From Thermoplasmatales archaeon (GTDB taxonomy: Archaea > Thermoplasmatota > Thermoplasmata > Methanomassiliicoccales > Methanomethylophilaceae): a DNA stretch of 64,000 bases. The stretch spans positions 70,048-134,047 of the forward strand of contig JAAYZC010000002.1 of NCBI GenBank assembly GCA_012515075.1, in the 5' to 3' direction. Under the pieces are notes generated by a model. The model was not told the DNA's origin and made no database searches. It saw only the letters and a program-made list of their open reading frames with translations. The translations under genes were made by a program, and so were the position numbers. This document shows positions 9,604 through 19,300 of the stretch, in pieces; position 1 is the first letter of the stretch; each line of letters begins with the position of its first letter.

Positions 9604-10112
9604 TACCTGTACTGATATACGATAAGTGCCAGTGCGATCCCAGGAAGTGCACGGCAAAGAGGATGGTCAAATTCGGGCTGGGGAGGGATGTAGGGTCCCT
9701 GTCATCCATACCTTCGGGGTCCGTGGTTCTGTCGCCCTTCGCCGAGAGGGCCCTCTCTCCCGCGGACCGCAGGCACGCGTCACGCGGCCTGGTGGTGATG
9801 GACCTCACCTGGACCAACATAGAGGGCTTCCCCCGTCTAAGGAGGGCGGAGGAACGCGCGCTGCCGTATCTGCTGGCATCCAACCCGGTCAACTGGGGCC
9901 GGCCGATGGAGCTGAACAGCGCCGAGGCCGTGATGGCCGCGCTTTTCATACTGGGCGAGAGGGAGCAGGCGGAAAGCTTCCTCCCCAGGTTCAACTGGGC
10001 ACCGGAGTTCATGCGGCTCAACGGGTCCCTGCTCGAGGACTATTCCGGGGCACGGGATTCGGCGGAGGTGGTCAGGATACAGAACGAGTACATACGGGAC
10101 ATAACGGGCTGA
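9600..10112 (+). CDS. tsr3: 16S rRNA aminocarboxypropyltransferase Tsr3 (DUF367)
   Basis: QCDPRKCT, LSPAD, DLTW, RALPYLLASNPVNWG, EA, FNW. Confidence 0.92.
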   Translation: MIPVLIYDKCQCDPRKCTAKRMVKFGLGRDVGSLSSIPSGSVVLSPFAERALSPADRRHASRGLVVMDLTWTNIEGFPRLRRAEERALPYLLASNPVNWGRPMELNSAEAVMAALFILGEREQAESFLPRFNWAPEFMRLNGSLLEDYSGARDSAEVVRIQNEYIRDITG

Positions 10113-10185
10113 GTCCCCCGCCGCACGGAGGCATCCGGGACCCTCCCCCGCGGCGACCGATACTTCTTTTATCATAATCCTCCTA

Positions 10186-10437
10186 TTGCCGGAGGTGCAG
10201 AGAGACGTCGCCCCGCTGATATGGGAGGCGCTGGGGGATCTAAGGATGACCACCGGCGAGATAGCCTCGGCCCTGGAGTCCATGTTCGGTTACCGGTGCC
10301 CGGACGACCTGGCCAAGACAATGACCAAGCTGAAGCGCCGGGGGCTGGTCAAGGGACAGGTGTCCATGGAGCACGGGGGATGGATATGGTGGGCCGACGA
10401 TGATTGCAGGGCCGCGGTCGGAGAGGATATGCGATGA
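10186..10437 (+). CDS. Small winged-helix hypothetical protein coupled to mcm
   Basis: TTGEIA...LKRRGLVKG...W wHTH pattern. Stop overlaps the mcm start (ATGA). Start may be GTG at 10195. Confidence 0.7.
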   Translation: MPEVQRDVAPLIWEALGDLRMTTGEIASALESMFGYRCPDDLAKTMTKLKRRGLVKGQVSMEHGGWIWWADDDCRAAVGEDMR

Positions 10438-12536
10438 CAGTCAGTTTCCAGGACAATGAGGTATTGGCCGGATGGGAGGAGATCCTGAGCAAGGACAGCT
10501 ACCGCCTGATGATGGCGGAGATAGCGGACAACTACCCGGACAGGAAGAGCCTGGTGGTCCCCTACGACGACATAGATTCCTACAACACGGATCTGGCGAT
10601 GTTCATACTCGACAATCCCGACAAGGCCCTGTCCCTGGGGCAGAAGGCCGTAAGGAACGCCATGCCCCCCACATGGGACCCCAAGGACAACGTGAACCTG
10701 AGGATAGTCCGTCTTCCCCGGGATGCCAGGGTGGAGATACGCCATCTGAGGGCGAAGCACCTGGGCAAGATGGTCGCGGTGGAGGGGCTGGTCAGGAAGG
10801 CCACGTCGGTGAAGCCCCGTATGACATACGCCCTATTCAGGTGCGCCAGGTGCGGGGCGGAGATATGGGTTCCCCAGAGTGGCATGCTGCTCAAGGAACC
10901 CGTCATGTGCACCAACCCGGAAGGCAGCTGCAACAAGACCGCCACCCGTTTCATTCTAGAGGACAAATCCTCTCTATATATAGACACCCAGAAGGTGGAG
11001 ATACAGGAGAACCCCGAGGGCCTCAGGGGCGGTGCGCAGCCGGAGAGGCTGACGGGTTACATAGAGGACGACCTCGCCGGCAACACGACCCCTGGGAACA
11101 GGATAACGATCAACGGGATAATCCGCTCGGTGGAGAAACCCGAGCGCGACAAGACCACCGTCTTCGAGGTGTTCATGGATGTCGTGTCGGTGGAGTTCGA
11201 GCAGCACGAATACGACGAGCTGCAGATAACCGAGGAGGACGAGGAGAGGATCGTCGCGATGTCCAAGGACCCTCAGCTGTTCGACAACATCGTCAAATCG
11301 ATATCGCCCACCATATTCGGCCTGGACCAGGTGAAGCGGGCGATAGCCCTGCAGCTCTTCGGAGGTTGCCACAAGGAGATGGACGACAAGACCTCCATAA
11401 GAGGCGACATGCACATACTTCTGATCGGCGACCCCGGTGTCGCCAAATCGCAGCTGCTGAGATACATGAGCATGCTGGCACCCCGGGGAATATACGCCAG
11501 CGGCAAGTCGGCATCCGCCGCGGGGCTCACCGCCGCCGCGGTGAAGGACGATTTCGGGGACGGACGTTGGACCCTCGAGGCCGGCGCCCTTGTTCTTGCC
11601 GACAAAGGTCTCGCTTGCATAGACGAGCTGGACAAGATGACCACCCAGGACCGGTCCTCCCTGCATGAGGCGATGGAATCCCAGCGCATATCCGTGGCGA
11701 AGGCCGGCATCACCGCCACCCTGCAGTGCAGATGCTCCATGCTGGCGGCCGCCAACCCCAAATACGGCAGGTTCGAGGAGACAGACACCATAGCCAACCA
11801 GATAGACCTGCCCCCGGCCCTTATGTCCCGTTTCGATCTGATATTCGTCCTGACCGACAAACCGGAGAAGGAGAGGGACCGGGATATAACCGAGCACATA
11901 CTGAAGGCTCACCGCCGCGGACAGGTTAAGATGATGGGCGAGGGCGAGGTCATAGAGGGCATCGACGCGGAGATGATCAGGGCCCAGACGAACGATATAA
12001 AGCCCATCTACGACATAGACATAATGAGGAAGTACGTGGCATTCTCCAAGCGCATAACCCCCGTGATGACCGACGATGCCGTGAGGATAATACAGAACAG
12101 CTATCTCAAGACAAGGGCCACCGGCGAAGGGGACAACAAATCCGTCCCCATAACCGCCAGGCAGCTCGAGGCGTTCGTCCGCCTCTCCGAGGCCTCGGCA
12201 AGGATGCGTCTCAGCCACCTCGTGACGGACAGGGACGCCAACTACGCCGTGGACCTCGTGGAGTACTATCTGGAGATGATAGCCGGAAACGGGACGGGCC
12301 AGTTCGACATCGACAGGCTGGCGACGGGCATAGCCAAGAGGGACCGCGACTACATAGGCACGCTGAGGGGCATACTCAGCACCCTGGGGTCCGACGCCGG
12401 AATGTCGGTGGAGGAGATACTGCTTCATGCGGTCTCGGAGGGTCTGGAGGAGAAGGACGTCCGCAAGAGCCTCGAGAACATGAAGAAGGCAGGGGACGTG
12501 TACTGTCCCAAGCACGACCTGTACAGGCTGGCATGA
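10434..12536 (+). CDS. mcm: Replicative helicase MCM
   Basis: Zn finger CARC..C..C, GDPGVAKSQ, IDELDKM, SRFD arginine finger, C-terminal wHTH. Confidence 0.97.
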   Translation: MTVSFQDNEVLAGWEEILSKDSYRLMMAEIADNYPDRKSLVVPYDDIDSYNTDLAMFILDNPDKALSLGQKAVRNAMPPTWDPKDNVNLRIVRLPRDARVEIRHLRAKHLGKMVAVEGLVRKATSVKPRMTYALFRCARCGAEIWVPQSGMLLKEPVMCTNPEGSCNKTATRFILEDKSSLYIDTQKVEIQENPEGLRGGAQPERLTGYIEDDLAGNTTPGNRITINGIIRSVEKPERDKTTVFEVFMDVVSVEFEQHEYDELQITEEDEERIVAMSKDPQLFDNIVKSISPTIFGLDQVKRAIALQLFGGCHKEMDDKTSIRGDMHILLIGDPGVAKSQLLRYMSMLAPRGIYASGKSASAAGLTAAAVKDDFGDGRWTLEAGALVLADKGLACIDELDKMTTQDRSSLHEAMESQRISVAKAGITATLQCRCSMLAAANPKYGRFEETDTIANQIDLPPALMSRFDLIFVLTDKPEKERDRDITEHILKAHRRGQVKMMGEGEVIEGIDAEMIRAQTNDIKPIYDIDIMRKYVAFSKRITPVMTDDAVRIIQNSYLKTRATGEGDNKSVPITARQLEAFVRLSEASARMRLSHLVTDRDANYAVDLVEYYLEMIAGNGTGQFDIDRLATGIAKRDRDYIGTLRGILSTLGSDAGMSVEEILLHAVSEGLEEKDVRKSLENMKKAGDVYCPKHDLYRLA

Positions 12537-12832
12537 AGATGATAGCGATACGCATTCACACTAGCAGAGGGGAGAGGATACTGGCCGCGGCCGACGAAGA
12601 GCTCCTGGGGCGCACCTTCAGGGAAGGCGACGCCAGGATCACGGTCTCGGAGACCTTCTACAGAGGCGAGGTCGTTCCCGAGGAGGTGCTGGCGGAACGC
12701 ATGAAATCCGTGACCATAATGAATCTGGTCGGGGAGCGCGCGGTCTCCGTGGGCATATCCGAGGGGCACGTCGCCGCGTGCTCCGTCGTAACGATAGGCG
12801 GAGTGATGCATGCCCAGGCGGTGAGGATGTGA
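12533..12832 (+). CDS. DUF424 family protein
   Basis: LAAADEELLG...FY.G...NLVGERAV...HAQ. Confidence 0.88.
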   Translation: MKMIAIRIHTSRGERILAAADEELLGRTFREGDARITVSETFYRGEVVPEEVLAERMKSVTIMNLVGERAVSVGISEGHVAACSVVTIGGVMHAQAVRM

Positions 12833-13860
12833 ACTTCTGCGTCAGGTGCGGGAAGGACTGCGAGACGACGATAGACGGCCTGTGCACAGAATGCTTCCTG
12901 GACGGCCGCCGGATAATCAGGCTCCCGCACCACGTTGACATGGAGGTCTGCGCGAACTGCGGGGAGATCCGCCAAAGGGACAGCTGGGTAAGGAAGGACA
13001 TCAGAATCGCCGCCGAGGACGCCGCGGCCGCGTCCATCCTGGCCATACCCGAGGCCCGGGTAATTAGCGTAGGTACGCGCTCGGTGCAGCAGGACCCATC
13101 GAACTACGCCGTGACCGTCGATGTCATCGCGGACATTTCCGGCTTCGAATCCTCCGCCGAGGACATCACAACGGTCCGTGTCAAGAACACCGTATGTAAA
13201 AAATGCTCCCGCCAGCTGGGAAGCTATTACGAATCGATACTGCAGTTGCGCACGGGCGGGAAGGATGACATGCCGGCAGGACTCAAGAAAGAGGTCGCAT
13301 ACAGGGTCGAGAGGACGGTGGGGGAGCAGTCCCGCACGAACCGCCAGCTCTTCATAAGCAAGATCGGCGAGGTCCAGGGAGGAGTGGACATCTACCTCTC
13401 CTCGATAGCCCTGGGCCGGCAGATATCGAAGGAAATGGGCGACTACTACGGGGCCGAGACCAAGGAGTCCGCTTCCCTGGTGGGCGTGAACGCCACCGGC
13501 GAGGAGGTGTATCGCGTCACATACATGGTGAGGATACCCGAGTACCATCTCGGGGATGCAATAGAGTTCGAAGGCCGCATGTACAAGCTGTCCTCCCTTT
13601 CCAAGACAGGCGGGCGCGCGACAGACCTGCTGACCTTCAGAGAAAGGACAATCAGGAGGTCCGACCTTCTTTCCGTCAGGATACTTGTGAAGTACGAGGA
13701 CATATCGGATGCCACGGTGGTATCCGTCGGGAACGGGGAGATCCAGGTCCTGGATCCGCGCAACTACCGCACCGTGGACCTCCGTGTGCCCGAGGGCACG
13801 GAGCCGGGGGAGACCGTGCCTGTCGCGGACATAGACGGCGTCCTCTACTACATGCCCTGA
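12829..13860 (+). CDS. nmd3: NMD3-related ribosome biogenesis protein
   Basis: Four CxxC pairs, YYESILQLR, GGVDIY, C-terminal OB fold (IQVLDP.NY). GTG start overlaps the DUF424 stop. Confidence 0.9.
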   Translation: MNFCVRCGKDCETTIDGLCTECFLDGRRIIRLPHHVDMEVCANCGEIRQRDSWVRKDIRIAAEDAAAASILAIPEARVISVGTRSVQQDPSNYAVTVDVIADISGFESSAEDITTVRVKNTVCKKCSRQLGSYYESILQLRTGGKDDMPAGLKKEVAYRVERTVGEQSRTNRQLFISKIGEVQGGVDIYLSSIALGRQISKEMGDYYGAETKESASLVGVNATGEEVYRVTYMVRIPEYHLGDAIEFEGRMYKLSSLSKTGGRATDLLTFRERTIRRSDLLSVRILVKYEDISDATVVSVGNGEIQVLDPRNYRTVDLRVPEGTEPGETVPVADIDGVLYYMP

Positions 13861-13897
13861 CCGCATCTTTTTGAAACCCTACGCGCTACCCCCTGCC

Positions 13898-14767
13898 ATG
13901 ATAAAGATGCCCGAATCGACGGAGGACGTGGTCGTGAAACTCCTCCGCTTGGCGAACACCAAGCTGCCTGCCGACGTTGGCTGGGCCCTGGAGGCCGCGG
14001 CCGGATGGGAGTCAGATCCCACGGCCTACTCCCAGCTGGGCGCCATAATGGACAACTCCCGGAAGGCGGAGTTCCTGGGACGGCCAATGTGCCAGGATAC
14101 GGGGTTGCCGGTCTTCTACGTGAGGGGAAAGTTCGACTCCTCCCTGGCCGGAGAGATCTCCAGGGGGCTGGCAAGGGCCACCCAGGAGATACCGCTGAGG
14201 CCGAACACCGTGGACCCGATCACAAGGGAGAATCACGGTGACAACCTGGGCGGGGGCATGCCCATAATCCATTACAAGCCAACGGACGATCCCTTCACCG
14301 AGATATCCGTGCTGCCCAAGGGGGCGGGCTCGGAGAACATGACCCGCCTGGGGATGCTGGATCCCGCCGAAGGGGTGGAAGGGGTGAAGAGGTTCGCAGT
14401 GGACGCCGTCCTGGACGCGGGAGGGCGCCCCTGCCCACCCGGCATCGTCGGGATAGGGATAGGTGGCACCTCGGACCTATGCGTCGCCATGGCCAAGGAG
14501 GCGCTGCTCCGGCCGGTGGATGTTCCCAACGAGGATCCCGCACTTGACAGGCTGGAGCAGGACATATTCGTCGCCCTGAACAGCAGCGGGCTGGGCCCCA
14601 TGGGTCTGGGGGGGTCCACGACCGTGCTAGGAGTCAGGATAAGGAGCGCGTACTGCCACACCGCCAGCCTTCCGGTGGCCGTGAACATAAGCTGCTGGGC
14701 CACCAGGAGGGCCACTGCCCGCATCACAGCCGAGGGTGTGGAGTACCACCAGGGGGCGGCACCGTGA
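13898..14767 (+). CDS. Fe-S fumarate hydratase/tartrate dehydratase alpha subunit
   Basis: PMCQDTG, KGAGSEN, CPP, GPMGLGG, CHTASLPVA, CWATR. Alternative start TTG at 13871. Confidence 0.92.
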   Translation: MIKMPESTEDVVVKLLRLANTKLPADVGWALEAAAGWESDPTAYSQLGAIMDNSRKAEFLGRPMCQDTGLPVFYVRGKFDSSLAGEISRGLARATQEIPLRPNTVDPITRENHGDNLGGGMPIIHYKPTDDPFTEISVLPKGAGSENMTRLGMLDPAEGVEGVKRFAVDAVLDAGGRPCPPGIVGIGIGGTSDLCVAMAKEALLRPVDVPNEDPALDRLEQDIFVALNSSGLGPMGLGGSTTVLGVRIRSAYCHTASLPVAVNISCWATRRATARITAEGVEYHQGAAP

Positions 14768-15324
14768 AGGTCATAGGCTCGCCTCTGGGAGAGAGGGACA
14801 TACGGTCCCTTAAGCTCGGCGAACAGGTGCTGTTCAACGGCGATATGATCACCGGAAGGGACGAGATGCACATCCGCGCCCTGTCTTTGGCCAGGGGGGG
14901 CGGGGACGTTCCCCGGGAGATCCTGGGGTCGGTTCTGTTCCACTGCGGTCCGATAATGAGGCGTTCAGGCGAAGGCTGGGAGGTCGTGGCCGCCGGCCCC
15001 ACCACCAGCTCACGCATGGACTCACTGGAGCCCGAGATGATAAGCAGGTTCGGCATAAGGGCGATAATAGGCAAGGGGGGCATGTCCCGGGAGGTCTCGG
15101 AGGCCATGGCCGCCACTGGTTGCGTGTACCTTGCGGCCACCGGGGGTGCCGCGGTATCCCTGGCCGAGGGCATAAAGAAGGTCACGGGCGTTGAATGGGA
15201 GGACCTGGGGATGGCCGAGGCCATGTGGAAGCTGAAGGCGGAGAGGTTCGGCCCCCTGACCGTTGCCATGGATTCGTCAGGCGGCAGCCTCTATGAGAAC
15301 GTCAGGCTTTCCCTGAGGCGCTGA
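14764..15324 (+). CDS. Fe-S fumarate hydratase beta subunit
   Basis: TGRD, HCGP, GPTTSSRM, IGKGG, LGMAEA. Confidence 0.92.
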   Translation: MKVIGSPLGERDIRSLKLGEQVLFNGDMITGRDEMHIRALSLARGGGDVPREILGSVLFHCGPIMRRSGEGWEVVAAGPTTSSRMDSLEPEMISRFGIRAIIGKGGMSREVSEAMAATGCVYLAATGGAAVSLAEGIKKVTGVEWEDLGMAEAMWKLKAERFGPLTVAMDSSGGSLYENVRLSLRR

Positions 15325-16179
15325 TCACTCCTTTCCCCTCTCCTTATTGTCGTCCATCAGCTTTATCCCGGAGCCCCCTTTCTGGAGACGGCTGCGGTAT
15401 ATCAGTATCATGGCCAGCAGGGAGACGCCGAAAACGCACCCTATCACCATGAGGAAGTGGGGCAGGTCCATGCCGAAGTAGACTTTGTCGTCTATCACCG
15501 TCATGGTCACGTTCTTCGTGGTGACGCTGTCCCCCCGCACCTCTACCTCGCCCAGGTCAACATCCTCAAGGCCGGTGTGGGTGACGGTGAGATGATAGTT
15601 CCCGCTGATGCATCTCATGGAGTATCTTCCGGAGGAGTCCGTGGTAGCGGAGTAGGAGTTGTGGCCGTCGGTGATCTCCACCAGGGCCCCGGACACGGCG
15701 GCGCCGTTGCAGAAGACGACCCCCTCCAGCTGTCCGAAGGACTGGGACATGGTTATGTAATGGAGGTCGCCAGAACCGTACGTTAGGTCGTACGTCTTCG
15801 TGGACGAATCGTATCTGACGGCGTCCAGGCTGAGGGAGTATATCTCGCTGGCCGTGAGCGTCACATTGTCTATGCAAGGTGGCGCCCCGCTGAGGGCATA
15901 CCCCTCGAGGTCGAAGCTTATGTACAGTCCGGAGTTGCGCGGAGTCCCTATGCTGAACAGACCTCCGGAATCGGTGGACCCGATCCAAGACAGGCCCTCG
16001 GAGGTCGATATGGTAACGCCTACCCCCTCCAACGGCGTCCTTCCGTTGGAATCGACAATGTATCCCTGCACAGTGTAAGCATCGGCCGCCTCCGCCGTGT
16101 CGGCCAGAATGTCGGTTGCAGTCAATGTAAGGAAGAAAACCGCCACTAAGGACGCCAAGACTGTCAGCGAGGACCTCAT
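15325..16179 (-). CDS. Secreted, C-terminally membrane-anchored protein with two carboxypeptidase-regulatory-like domains
   Basis: Signal peptide, two GxV..GAxV..TDSxGxF/Y repeats, C-terminal transmembrane helix and charged tail. Confidence 0.8.
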   Translation of the reverse strand: MRSSLTVLASLVAVFFLTLTATDILADTAEAADAYTVQGYIVDSNGRTPLEGVGVTISTSEGLSWIGSTDSGGLFSIGTPRNSGLYISFDLEGYALSGAPPCIDNVTLTASEIYSLSLDAVRYDSSTKTYDLTYGSGDLHYITMSQSFGQLEGVVFCNGAAVSGALVEITDGHNSYSATTDSSGRYSMRCISGNYHLTVTHTGLEDVDLGEVEVRGDSVTTKNVTMTVIDDKVYFGMDLPHFLMVIGCVFGVSLLAMILIYRSRLQKGGSGIKLMDDNKERGKE

Positions 16180-16328
16180 ATCCCCTTATAATCCATCTAG
16201 TTGATTTTATTGTTTCCGTACGTCAGGCGCTTTCAGCGGGGCGGGCGTGGCCCGTACACCCCGTCCGCTTGGTACACAAAGTAGATAACAGATGAAGGTT
16301 AGACGGGGAGGATTCCGGGGGCGAACGA

Positions 16329-19300
16329 TTGCAGAGGGCTGATAGGACATACACCAAGGAAGAGGTAATGGACCTGATGGAACCGCTGGTGTCCGCATGG
16401 TTCAGGGAGAGGTTCGACACCCTCACCGAGCCGCAGGCCCGGGCGGTGCCTGTTATACACGAGAGGAAGAACGTCCTCGTCTCGTCCCCCACCGGCTCCG
16501 GCAAGACCCTCACGGCCTTCACTAGCATAATCAACGAGCTGACCCGGTACGCGTCCGAGGGGAAGCTGGAGGAGAGGGTGTACTGCATATATATTTCGCC
16601 CCTCAAGGCCCTGGCTAATGACATAGAGCGCAACCTGAACACACCGCTGGCCGAGATGCGGGCGGTCGCCGAAGCCCACGGCATGAACATCCCCGACATA
16701 AGAGTGGCCGTCAGGTCCGGGGACACCCCTCCCAACGAGAGGCAGAAGATGCTGAGGCACCCACCTCACATACTCATAACCACACCGGAGTCCATGGCCC
16801 TTATCCTGGCGGCACCCAAGTTCAGGGAGAGGATAAGCCAGGTGGAGTGGGTGATCCTGGATGAGATACACGACATCTGCGACTCCAAGAGGGGGGCGTT
16901 CCTCTCGCTCACGCTGGAACGTCTGCGGGAGTTCTGCGAGAAGGACTTCACCCGCATAGGGCTCTCGGCAACGCTCGCCCCGATCGATGCGATAGCCGGG
17001 TTCCTGGCGGGGGTCGACCCCAAAGGTGAAACCCGCGACGTGACCCTGGTGGAGTCGGGCTCCAAGAAACAGCTGGACCTCAGGGTCATCTGTCCCACCG
17101 AGGATATGACGGCTCTCTCCTCCGACATCGTCAACTCCATGATGTACGACGAGCTCAAGGAGCTCATAGACACCCACGAGACGACCCTGGTGTTCACGAA
17201 CACGAGGTCCGGCGCCGAGAGCGTCGTATACAAGCTGAAGGAGCGCGGACTGGACAACGTGGAGGTGCACCACAGCTCGCTGGGAAGGGACATACGTCTC
17301 AACGTCGAGGAACGCCTCAAAAGGGGGGAGATCAAATGCGTGGTGTCCTCCACCTCCCTGGAGCTGGGCATCGACATAGGGTCGGTGGACCTGGTCTGTC
17401 AGATAGGGTCTCCCAAATCCGTGGCCAAAGGCCTCCAGAGGATAGGCAGGAGCGGCCACAGCATGGGCAAGGTCGCCAAGGGCCGCCTGCTCGTGTTCGA
17501 CCCCGACGATCTGGTGGAGTGCGCCGTGATGTGCCGTGCCGCCCACCGCAGCGACATAGACCGCGTGGGCATACCGGAGAACAGCCTGGATGTGCTCTCC
17601 CAGACCGTGGTGGGGATGAGTCTGGACAAGAGATGGGAGGTCGACAGGGCCTTCGCCGTGATCAAAGGGTCCTACTGCTACCGCAACCTCTCCATGGAGC
17701 GTTTCGTCAGCGTCCTGAAGTATCTGGGTAGCAAGGACGAGTTCGAAGGCGTCTATTCCAAGATATGGTACGATGAGGCGGAGGGCGTCTTCGGCAGGAA
17801 GAAAGGCTCCAGGATGATATACTACATGAACCTCGGGACGATCCCCGAGGAGGCCAACTACCGCGTTATAACCAATCATGGGAGCATCGCGGGGGAGCTC
17901 TCCGAGAAGTTCGTAGAGAGGCTCTCCCCCCGGGACATATTCGTTCTTGGGGGGAGGTCGTTCGAATTCGTCAGGTCCAAGGGCATGACGGCTTACGTGA
18001 AGGAGGCCACCGGAAGGAAGCCCACCGTGCCGTCCTGGGCCGGAGAGATGCTTCCAAGGTCCTTCGATCTGTCCGTCGATGTGGCAGAGTTCAGGAGGGA
18101 GATGGCCGGCCGTATGGATGACAGTCCGGCCAACATCAAGGCGCTCAGCGACGAGTTCGACATCGACGAGGGGTCGGCAAGGAGCCTGGTCTCGTATTTC
18201 AAGGAGCAGCAGGCGGTATGCGGTCTGATACCCGACGACAAGGTTCTGGCGGTGGAGGAGTACATAGACCCCTCCGGGAACCAGAGGCTGATCTTCCACT
18301 TCCCCTTCGGAAGGAGGGTCAACGACGCCCTTTCAAGAGGATATGCTTACAGGATATCCAACATAGTGGGGTCGAACGTCTCCGTCACGATGTCCGACGA
18401 CAACTTCATGATAGGGACCCCAAGGAAGGTGGACCCGGCGAAGATCCCGGGCCTTCTATCCTCCAATGACCTGGGGGGCATACTCAGGAAGGCCGTCAAG
18501 GACTCGGAGATATTCAAACTCAGATTCAGGCACACGGCGGCCAGGAGCTTCATGATACTTAGGAACTACATGGGCCGCCCCATATCGATAAACAGGCAGC
18601 AACTTCGCTCCACATATCTGCTGGAATCGCTGGCCGAGATGGAGGATTTCCCGGTGATAGAGGAGACCTACAGGGAGGTGCTGGAGGATGATATGGACAT
18701 AAAGAATGCCCGGTATATCCTCTCGCTCATAGAGAAAGGGGAGGTGGAGATGGTCCCCATACCTTTCAGCGGGACCCCTTCACCGTTCGCGCACAGCATA
18801 ATCCTCACGGGGTTCTCCGACATAGTCCTGATGGAGGACCGCTCCGCGCTCCTGCGGGAGCTTCACCGCAAGGTCCTGTACCGGGCGCTGGGTGATTCGG
18901 TCAGGGACTTCGAGTTCGAGGAGGACCAGGTGGTCCCCTATTTCAGAGAGAAGGCCGGTCGCATAACATGCAAAGAGGACATACCCCGGCTTCTGATGCG
19001 CACCGGGCCCCTCCAGGCCCTGAGGGAACGGGGCAGGAACATCTACTCCTACGCGGACGACGACAAGAAGACGGTGGACGGCTGGGTGAGGGAACTTTTG
19101 AAGGAGGGCAGCATAGGCACCGTCTTCCTGGACGAGCCCCACATAATGGCGGTGGCGGAGATCCGCCACTATGCAGCCGCGACCCGCAAGGAGAGGGAGC
19201 TCACGGAGACCGACGCCGCCGTCCTCGGATGCGTGGAGGGGCAGGTGGCACTCAGCGACATAACCGAGAGGCTCGGGATAAGCGAGGACGTCACCTTCCG

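Noticed and set aside
10974..12515. Long antisense or alternate-frame ORFs (also 16299-18299, 27535-28968, 7578-8978, 56560-57744)
   Set aside because: Shadows of well-supported genes caused by GC3 bias; no motifs of their own.
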